From sequence record MZ475892.1: 64,000 nt of DNA; one strand, 5' to 3'. Every line of letters begins with the position of its first letter. The first letter of the stretch is position 1. The translations under genes and the position numbers were made by a program. Below, piece by piece: positions 19,123 through 27,400 of this stretch. Below the pieces are notes generated by a model, which had not been told where the DNA came from, made no database searches, and saw only the letters and a program-made list of their open reading frames with translations.

Positions 19123-22100
19123 TTCTTCGTAATCCTCTTGACTGCGTTCTTGAGGAGACTGCGGCTGATTTTGATTTTCTTCTTCGCATCACCAGCAGCT
19201 GCGGCAGCTTTCTTGGCCTTCTCTTCGGCTTCGTATGCTTCCCACTGCTTGATGTTCTTCGGAAGTTCTTTCTTCCACAGATCGATGTTCTTCTGATCTT
19301 TCTTGGTCAGAGGATTCACTTTGCCCATAGAACGAATCTTGATACCGTTAGCCCACAGTTGCTTCTGCATCCACGTGGACATGAGATGGTACTGGTCTTC
19401 CATGATGCTATCAAGTTTCTTATCGACGTCAAGATCAGCTTCGCCCAACTCATCACGCTTCTGCTCAAGGCCAGCACGAATATGCTTCCTGAGTTGTTCG
19501 TAAGAGAAGTCCCAACCTTCAACGTCTTTCTCTGATGCACCGATCTCAAAGTCGATCTCAGGCACAGATGTGAACTCAAACCCTGGATGACGCTTCTGCA
19601 CAAGTTCGACCACCGCACTTGTCATGGCACGCTCAATCATATCAAGCGCGAGGAAAATCCAATCATAGTGACAGTCAACGGTCAAGGAGTCGTGTACCGA
19701 TACGTTCATATCAAAGTCAGGATAGACACCGTTTGCTTTCCAGTACTCAAACTTCATGCGGTCCAGAATACGAATCGCACTCATCATCAAGTCAGAACCA
19801 AAGCCCTGAACTGGACTGTTTACCGCACGACGGTTACATGCTGCATGAACCATGTTCGCGTCTTTGTGCGACTCAGGTAACATGAAGCCCCACAGGTAAC
19901 GACGACGACCAACAGGTGATTCAACGAAGAAGTTCTGATGAGCAAAACTCTGAATCTTATCAAACCACTTCAAGCCAACAGGGAAGCGTTTAAGGAACTT
20001 GCCTTTGATCTCTTCGATCTCACCAACTTCACGACCAGTTGACTTCGCAAGACCTTTGTTACCCTGCTGGTAGATCAGTCCGAAGATTACTGTCTTAACC
20101 GCGTTACGTACGGACTTTGTTACGTCCATTACGTTTGGAATACCGAAGAAGTATGCGGCGTTAATCTTATGCACGTCACCTTCTGCTTCTACGCGGTGCT
20201 TAATCCACGGGTCAGGCACGGTACGATAACGATGACGCAACTCACGACCTTGTTCGAATACGTCTGCTACACCTTGGTCACCCGAGATGATTGACCAACC
20301 TCTAACTTCGTGCGCCGAGTAGTCGACCTTGATTAACAGGCGATTCTTACGCGCAATCAGAATACGTTTGATCAACTTACCCATCTCACTACGACTCGGA
20401 ACCTGTTGTAAGTTCGGGTCAGATGCAGATGTACGACCTGTCACAACTTTTAGATAGCTGTACGTTGGTCGAATCGAACGGTCATGCTTGAAGTCCTCAC
20501 TCTCGCCCCACAGCTTGAGAAGGCTGTTAACGTAGGCGTTCTTGAGTTTGTACGCTTTACCTAACTTGGTATATAGCGAGACAAGAGGAAGTTCTTTGTA
20601 CGCCTCTTGGAAGTCTTTATCGAGCTTCGCAGACTTCTTACCGTTATCACGGAGTTGCTCACCTTCCTTGAGAGGCTTTAAGCGCATCACATCGATGAAC
20701 AGGATTTGCTTATGCTCCTGCTTCGACATATCGAACTTCGTGACCTCGACTTTGCCCATAAGACCCATCTTAGGAACATTGTCGTCTCTGCATATCACGG
20801 CATTCGCTGCTTTGACCTCAGGACTCGACATGAACTCGCGTTCAACGTTTCGAATCTCTTCATTGATTGGACTGTTTGGCAGGTTGAGCTTAAACAGGTA
20901 ATCAATGTCAGCACCAGCGCCTGTTGTTTCCAAGACACTGAACGCATGAATCTGGTCGGAGATTTGCTCACCCACCAGCGACTCATACTTCGTGTACTTG
21001 CTATCGACGCCACGCTTAATCTGAGACAGATAGATACGGAATGGAACGATAACGTCAAGTCCCGCATACTCCTGCACAGCTTCGTCAAGGTCAGAGTCGG
21101 CGATTGTCGCACGCATCTCCTTACCAAACGATACTTCGTGATAAACAGTCGTACCGTACTGCATTGCGAGGTTGGCTAAGTTGTAATAACCTTGGCCAGT
21201 AACGGTCAACAGCGACTTCGCGTTTTCATCGTTACCAAACTCACCCGCTTGAATATCCCAGACGTCAGCGCAATAACTACGAATGCCAAAGTTGGAACGC
21301 ATTACGTTCAGGTCAAACTTCGCATTCGTATAGATCTGAACCTTGTTGTCGTTGTCTTCGAAGTAGTCACGGAACATATCACTAATTCGACGCAACTCTT
21401 TACCGCTGAACGGACTGTCCCTGTGATAGATTGGAATCACATAGGCTGTCTCACCGTCGCACGACAACTGCACGGTCTGAATCTTGTTTTTTATTCGATT
21501 CAGGTTCTCGGTTTCTGTATCGACTGCGACCAGCTTAGCACGCTTCATCTTTTTCAAGATCTTCTCAAGCTGCTTAACTTTGGTCACATACACCAGCTTC
21601 CAGTTGCGGTTCTTACCACAGGTAACTGGCTTGATCGCATAACGCATACCCTTGTTGAGCCAAGGCAACATCCAGCGCGCCATGTAACCAAGAGTATACG
21701 ACGATGCGTTTATCACAGCAGGGTTCAGGACTGTGTGATAACTAACGTTCGGCAGATGGATGAAGCTGTGCTTCTTACCATCATGCTTGAGCTTGGTGGG
21801 TATCTCAACTCCATACCAGTGCTCATAGTGTTCTTTTGAATACTGAATCCTTTCATTGTTGAGCGCCTTGAACGGAGCTTTACCAAAAGTCAGAACGTAG
21901 TCTGGCTTGTAGTCAACAATCAGATCACGAATACGATCAGCGAATGCTTGGTCAGCATCTTCCTTGTACTGCTCAGACTTGTCATACGTCTTGAACATGT
22001 TGTAGCTAACAACAAGGAAGTTCCAATCGTCTAACGTGGTCTTTGTCGGGAACACGTCTTCGAGATACTGAATCTGATTCAGGAACAATTCACCTTCTGT

Positions 22101-22283
22101 GCTGCTAAAGATTTTACCATTACGCAGGTCATCAGTTGGCATGTGATCGAGGACAAGTAGTGCTTTACCGCCTTTGGCGCTTTTACTAACGCCTTTTAAA
22201 ATACGAACCCCGTCATAAGTCTGCACGTCGGCAAACTGTTCAGGTGGATCGAAGTCAAGAGCAACGTGCTTGATTTTCACCAT
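19119..22283 (-). CDS. polA: Family A DNA polymerase with a 3'-5' exonuclease domain and an N-terminal UDG-like domain
   Basis: ExoI AVDTET, ExoII NAKFD, ExoIII YAGLD; TGRTSASDPNLQQVP, motif A DYSAHE, motif B AVKTVIFGLIY, NSPVQGFGSD, motif C VHDS. Confidence 0.95.
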   Translation of the reverse strand: MVKIKHVALDFDPPEQFADVQTYDGVRILKGVSKSAKGGKALLVLDHMPTDDLRNGKIFSSTEGELFLNQIQYLEDVFPTKTTLDDWNFLVVSYNMFKTYDKSEQYKEDADQAFADRIRDLIVDYKPDYVLTFGKAPFKALNNERIQYSKEHYEHWYGVEIPTKLKHDGKKHSFIHLPNVSYHTVLNPAVINASSYTLGYMARWMLPWLNKGMRYAIKPVTCGKNRNWKLVYVTKVKQLEKILKKMKRAKLVAVDTETENLNRIKNKIQTVQLSCDGETAYVIPIYHRDSPFSGKELRRISDMFRDYFEDNDNKVQIYTNAKFDLNVMRSNFGIRSYCADVWDIQAGEFGNDENAKSLLTVTGQGYYNLANLAMQYGTTVYHEVSFGKEMRATIADSDLDEAVQEYAGLDVIVPFRIYLSQIKRGVDSKYTKYESLVGEQISDQIHAFSVLETTGAGADIDYLFKLNLPNSPINEEIRNVEREFMSSPEVKAANAVICRDDNVPKMGLMGKVEVTKFDMSKQEHKQILFIDVMRLKPLKEGEQLRDNGKKSAKLDKDFQEAYKELPLVSLYTKLGKAYKLKNAYVNSLLKLWGESEDFKHDRSIRPTYSYLKVVTGRTSASDPNLQQVPSRSEMGKLIKRILIARKNRLLIKVDYSAHEVRGWSIISGDQGVADVFEQGRELRHRYRTVPDPWIKHRVEAEGDVHKINAAYFFGIPNVMDVTKSVRNAVKTVIFGLIYQQGNKGLAKSTGREVGEIEEIKGKFLKRFPVGLKWFDKIQSFAHQNFFVESPVGRRRYLWGFMLPESHKDANMVHAACNRRAVNSPVQGFGSDLMMSAIRILDRMKFEYWKANGVYPDFDMNVSVHDSLTVDCHYDWIFLALDMIERAMTSAVVELVQKRHPGFEFTSVPEIDFEIGASEKDVEGWDFSYEQLRKHIRAGLEQKRDELGEADLDVDKKLDSIMEDQYHLMSTWMQKQLWANGIKIRSMGKVNPLTKKDQKNIDLWKKELPKNIKQWEAYEAEEKAKKAAAAAGDAKKKIKISRSLLKNAVKRITKK

Positions 22284-22322
22284 CTAGTCCTATCAGAGTG
22301 TGTAACACAATATGATGGCTGT

Positions 22323-22332
22323 TATTTACAGA
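22323..22332 (-). promoter_or_regulatory. Putative replication-class promoter motif TCTGTAAATA
   Basis: 40 bp upstream of the polA ATG, directly after a terminator. Confidence 0.6.
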
Positions 22333-22344
22333 TTTAGAAACGAG

Positions 22345-22369
22345 AAAGGGCAGCCGAAGCCACCCTTTT
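22345..22369 (-). terminator. Intrinsic terminator
   Basis: AAAAGGGTGGC-TTCG-GCTGCCCTTT on the minus strand. Confidence 0.8.
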
Positions 22370-22374
22370 GGTTT

Positions 22375-23622
22375 TTATTTACATGCTTTGATTGCATCAG
22401 TGATGAGGTACTGCATGTTCAACAGAGTAGGCTTGTTCACAGACTTAGCGCCAGTGAACTTGCCGCCCATTGTCTGAGCGGTGATCTCCCAATCGTTGAT
22501 GTCGCCATCAAAGGCAGAGAAAGGTGCCTGAATAGAGACTGTCTTGCACTTGTGTTCTTCGATAGTTGCTTCATAGTGCCAGTCTGGACCTTGGCCCATA
22601 CCATCTCCATGAACTGCGCGGAACTTGTATTTGCCGCCTGTAGCTCGCGTCAATTGATCTGCGATTTTGTTATGCTGCGCTTGAGTGAATTTCTCAGACT
22701 TGGCAGGAGTAACTTGCGCAAAAGCAATGTCGCCACCTAATGGCTGGACAGGAGGGAACAGAACATATGGACCCTTCTTAGCTGCACCGCCTTTACCATC
22801 CGTGCTTTGCACGCCAGCAACGAATGCAGCGAACGCCTTGTCGAAGTCGTTGAACGTACCCAGCTGTTTAACTTTACGATCTTCTGGATTACCATGAACA
22901 ACCTCTTCAATGTGCTCACCGAACTTCACGCTGGCCACAGTGAATCTACCTCTGCCTATGAGGTCCTTATAGGAGAATTTCATGTCAGCGCTTTCACCGA
23001 AAATGATAGCAGTGTTCGGTCCGTCGGGCGACGGTGTATAGAAGTAGAAGGAGTCGCTTGAGCCATCTGCGGCCATGCCTCCGATAGCGGAGCCAGGAAC
23101 TTTCTTCAATCCCGAGAACTTAGCAATACGCTTACCTGACAATACGTCATCGCCATCATCAGGCTCAAACAGAGTTTGGAATTGTTCCATCGTGTGAACG
23201 ACTACGCCGGAAGCAGCAGAGCCAGCAGCCTTGCCAGACTTAGCATTAGTAGCAGCTACACCACGCTTAGTTGTAGCAGCAACAGCGTTACCCGCAGCAG
23301 GTTTGATTTTGATTGCACGCAGTGCATTAATGGTAGCCACCAACGTCTTCGCTTTGTACAGGTTACGCACAGCGGTGACGAGGGTTTTACCAGCAGCTTT
23401 CTTGGCGAGGCTCTGAGTAGCATCTTCGTCTTTCAGCACGTCCAGCAGCGTGGACAACTTAGACGTGTCCAGCTCTTTGATCTTAACCAGCTCCTCCAGA
23501 CGCTTGATAATCACAGCAGCGTTCTTACCAAACAGGATAGCGGCGTTAGCCAGTTGCGACTTAGTCGCAGATTCAGACTTAACCGTCTGCTCTTTATCGA
23601 AATTCAATTTAATCAGTGACAT
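22375..23622 (-). CDS. Lys/Ala-rich putative internal head protein
   Basis: 415 aa; leader MSLIKLNF...KSESA similar to 42071 and 43077. Confidence 0.5.
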   Translation of the reverse strand: MSLIKLNFDKEQTVKSESATKSQLANAAILFGKNAAVIIKRLEELVKIKELDTSKLSTLLDVLKDEDATQSLAKKAAGKTLVTAVRNLYKAKTLVATINALRAIKIKPAAGNAVAATTKRGVAATNAKSGKAAGSAASGVVVHTMEQFQTLFEPDDGDDVLSGKRIAKFSGLKKVPGSAIGGMAADGSSDSFYFYTPSPDGPNTAIIFGESADMKFSYKDLIGRGRFTVASVKFGEHIEEVVHGNPEDRKVKQLGTFNDFDKAFAAFVAGVQSTDGKGGAAKKGPYVLFPPVQPLGGDIAFAQVTPAKSEKFTQAQHNKIADQLTRATGGKYKFRAVHGDGMGQGPDWHYEATIEEHKCKTVSIQAPFSAFDGDINDWEITAQTMGGKFTGAKSVNKPTLLNMQYLITDAIKACK

Positions 23623-23631
23623 GTTAAGTCC

Positions 23632-24186
23632 TTACTTGCGGTTTTTAGTCCAGTTAGAATTTTGAGGTTTCTTTTCGCTTTGTGGCGAAGTGTTCTCCTC
23701 GTTAATCTCTTCCTCCTCGTCCTCATCTTCGTCCTCAACGACAGGCTCAGCAGCAGGCGCGGCTTCGATCTTAGTCACTTCGAGAATTTGAGAGGGCAGT
23801 GGATTCTGATTTACAGATGAAGCGACAGCAGCAGGTTCGCTTACTGTAGGCTCTACATCAGCAGTCGCACCTACAACATGTTCGTGGACGATCTGCTTAG
23901 TCAGCAACGCACCTTTCTCAGCGAGAATCTGATCAGCACGTTCTTGGTCCCACTTAACCCACAGGATATCGAGACCCTTGTGTGCGTACATGAAACCCTG
24001 AGGCAGCTTACCACGGCCGTTGAACGGCAGACCGTTAGAAGGAACGCCTGGCTCGAACTCGTCCATCAGTTCCCACTTGCGTTTAGCCGTGATACACTTC
24101 GGTCCCCATACACCATCACACGCACCATCGTACAGATCGAGCATGGTCATGATGACTTGGAGCTTCTGATAGAATTTATTCAGCAT
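23632..24186 (-). CDS. Protein with an N-terminal peptidoglycan-binding (PG_binding_1-like) domain and an acidic tail
   Basis: KLQVIMTMLDLYDGACDGVWGPKCITA matches the LQ..L...g.y.g..DG.wGp.t..A pattern; EDEDEDEEEE tract. Confidence 0.6.
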   Translation of the reverse strand: MLNKFYQKLQVIMTMLDLYDGACDGVWGPKCITAKRKWELMDEFEPGVPSNGLPFNGRGKLPQGFMYAHKGLDILWVKWDQERADQILAEKGALLTKQIVHEHVVGATADVEPTVSEPAAVASSVNQNPLPSQILEVTKIEAAPAAEPVVEDEDEDEEEEINEENTSPQSEKKPQNSNWTKNRK

Positions 24187-24448
24187 CTTTCTTTTTCTCC
24201 GGACGAGGGACGTCTTTGCCGATGATACGTTTGAACAAACGCAGAGCCATAACAGCTTCGGTTTGAGCCATGCGAGATTGCTGCTGGAACTGCATCGGAT
24301 TTTCTTTCATCCAATCAACTACACGCTGCAACTCACGCGCAGTAATCAGCTTCTGCGCCAGCTTACCTTGAAGGTACACACGAACACCAGTAGTCGAAAT
24401 CTTCGCTGCACTGGTGCTCTCTGCCAAATTGATCACAATCTTAGTCAT
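24176..24448 (-). CDS. Small basic protein with the shared leader (MTKIVINLAESTSA)
   Basis: 90 aa; AAGGA RBS. Confidence 0.65.
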   Translation of the reverse strand: MTKIVINLAESTSAAKISTTGVRVYLQGKLAQKLITARELQRVVDWMKENPMQFQQQSRMAQTEAVMALRLFKRIIGKDVPRPEKKKDAE

Positions 24449-24465
24449 TGTCTTTTCCTTAAAAG

Positions 24466-24484
24466 AAAGGGGCCGAAGCCCCTT
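24466..24484 (-). terminator. Intrinsic terminator after the SNF2 gene
   Basis: AAGGGGC-TTCG-GCCCC-TTTCTTTT. Confidence 0.75.
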
Positions 24485-24487
24485 ATC

Positions 24488-27400
24488 TTACACTGACTTG
24501 TCTTTCGACGCAGTGAGTTTCAGTTTGGTCAACGCAGCCAGACACTGTTTCATGTTCGGGATGCTGTAGCCAGCTTTCTGAATACGGTTGATACGCGCTT
24601 TCGCACCAGCAACGTTCTTCACGAAACTAATCCACATACCAGACGAAAGGCTGAACGTACCGAACTTACGAGTGTTCGGGATTTTCGTTCCCACGAAGCG
24701 TTTCACTTTCGGGTTAGTCGCAAGGTCGAACATGATACGCAGACGATCTTCCATCACCATCGGATATGCTTTGATGTGCTTAACATCTTTCGCAGAGGTG
24801 TGACGAATCTGGAAGAACTGTTTCAACTGCGACTGTGCCTTAACAGCCAGCTGGTAGTTGAAGCTCAGCTTAGGCGTAGACTCATCGAAGAAGTCCTGAA
24901 CGAACTCCAGACGGCGAGAGGACGGACCGTCAAAGTCCAGCTTCTTAGCCTCGATGAAGTCCAAGAACTTCTCAAAGTCAGAGTAGTACGCGCAATCGAT
25001 ATACACGTAATCCCCGAACTCGGTGAACTCGAAGTCCTTGAGCGCTTTCGCATCTGGGTCGGTCGCATCTGCGTACAGAGCAACGAAGCCGTTGTACACG
25101 GTAGGCGTCAGTTCCAGAGACATATCGGTACCGTCGTCCAGTGTAACAGCAGCACCACGAACAGCCTTGCGCACTTTGTTGTCCAGCGGAGGAAGCTCAG
25201 CGGCCTTACGACGACGAACACGGGCAGCTGCCTGCTCTACGCCTTCGTTGATTGGCTTACCTTCTTCTTTGTTCGCTTTACGTTGAGTAACGCGGGCGTT
25301 CTTACGCTCTTGAGCCTCAACTTTCTTCTCGGTTGCTTTCGAGTCGGCAGTTTGAGTCTCATCGGTCACGGTGTCTTCGACTTCAACGCGCTTGGCTTCT
25401 GCTTCAACACGCTTACGGTCTTTAGCTGTCGCCCACGGCTTACGCACTTCAAAGAAGCGTTTCAGATCAGCAGGAGATACCTTACCAGCGTAATGCACTT
25501 TGTTCGCAGGCACAGTAACGATTTCCTCGCCACCAGCAAGACGAACACGCACGGTACTGATAGGGCTGTCAGCACGCAGCTTACCGTCAGCAGTACGAAC
25601 CGTAACGCTCACGATGATACCGTTACCGAACTCAGTCACAACAGGTGCACGGTTCAGCGCGTCTTTCACGTTCTCACCTGAGGAGAAGTTCTGGTTGCGT
25701 GCCCAATCAAGCAGACGCTCCAGTCCCCAGTTATGACGGTCTGGGATCTTCTGGTTAGCAACGATAGGTACCTGCTCCATGATACGGAAGTCACGCAGAG
25801 CCGGAGTAGCAGGCAGCGGCTGCATTGCTGCAATCGTTGTCTTACGCATCTCTTGGAACTCTTGCGCTTCAATATCGTTCAGGTCACGCTTGGCCAGGAA
25901 GTACGGTTTAAAGTCTTCCATCGTGTTGTTATCAATCAACAGACTTGCATTCATCTTGATTGGAGCAAGCTGATACTGGTCGAGTTTTTCGTAGCGCTGG
26001 TTACCTTTCTCGTCGAAACGAGTTTTCTCCAACGTCTTCCACATCAGACGTGCAACCTTACCTACTTCAAGAGTCTTGTTCGTCATCACCCAATCGATGA
26101 ACACGGCTTCGCGTTTCATATCGCCGGGCTTACCGTTCTCATCAAGCACGGCAGCAGCAACGTCAGGACGGAAGATACGCGCAGTAGACTGATCGTATGT
26201 ACCTGGAGACCACGGGGTGTCGCAGCGAATGATACGACTACCCATCTGCATGTTGTGGCCTTCACTGATTGCCTGTTCGTTAGCAATCAGAATCTGCACA
26301 CGGTCATCGGTCTTGAACGCGTCAAGGTTGGCCTCTTTGTTCTGGCCTAACTTACCGACTTCACCGTGATACACAACAGCGACCTTCTTATAGTTCTCAG
26401 GCAGAGAGTTATAGATTGCGTTTGCAGCACGCGTGTAGCGAGTGAACACAATCAGCTTGCCCTGAACCTCTGGCTTCCAGTAGTCCGGGTCTTCCGGAGG
26501 TGGAACCATTGAAGGAGGCAGTGTTTGACGCTGGAACTCTTCGGACTGTTTACGCGCCAGATACTTCTGACCCTGATAGACAGCCATGTCCAGTTCACGA
26601 GGAGTAACGCCCTGCGTCCAGTTAAAGATTTGCTGCTCTTTGACCAGCGGGTCACGTTCAGGCTGCACTTCAAAGTGCTTGCGAATACGCTCGATGATAG
26701 TCAGGACTTTCGCAGAAACGAACTTAGTGACACCAGCGTTTTCAAACGTCAGACGAGCAACGTCATCGCCCATCGGGTCGGTCAGCATCATCTCCATGCG
26801 CTGGAAGTACATGTTGAGGTCAGCGTTACCTGCGAGCAATGCGCCCAGGTCATCACCTTCTTCAATATCATCTTCATCAATGTCGTCAGAGGCAGTAGCT
26901 TCTGCACCGTCCTCTTCGTCATCTTCACCAGCAGATGCAGCACGGCGTTTGGCGTTGTTAGCAGCTTCCTGCAACTTCTCCAACACCTGAGCATACATCG
27001 CGTTATACACCTCTTGGTGCAGCGATGAGTTAGGCACAGTCGGGTCATCAATCTCAACCTGAATGAAGGTATCGATTGGGTTCGGCAACATGAACGCCCA
27101 GTTCTTACGCTTGAACGAGATGAACGCCGTGTGGTTAGACATACGCGAGTGAGCACGACGAATCATTTCAATGTCGTCTTTCGCGCCGTCGTATGCAACG
27201 TCGAGAGAGTCACCGAACATCGCAGGCGTCATCAATGCAGCCTGACCAACAATGTCACGCACGCGGTCAGTTACCAGAGTACCAGTAGCGATACGCGCAT
27301 AGCGAACAGATGGTGCGGTGAATACTGCTTTGGTGTTGAAGTGCACCTGAGAGCCAGACTGGCCGCCAGAGAAGTTCTTAACCTTGTGCGACTCATCCAG

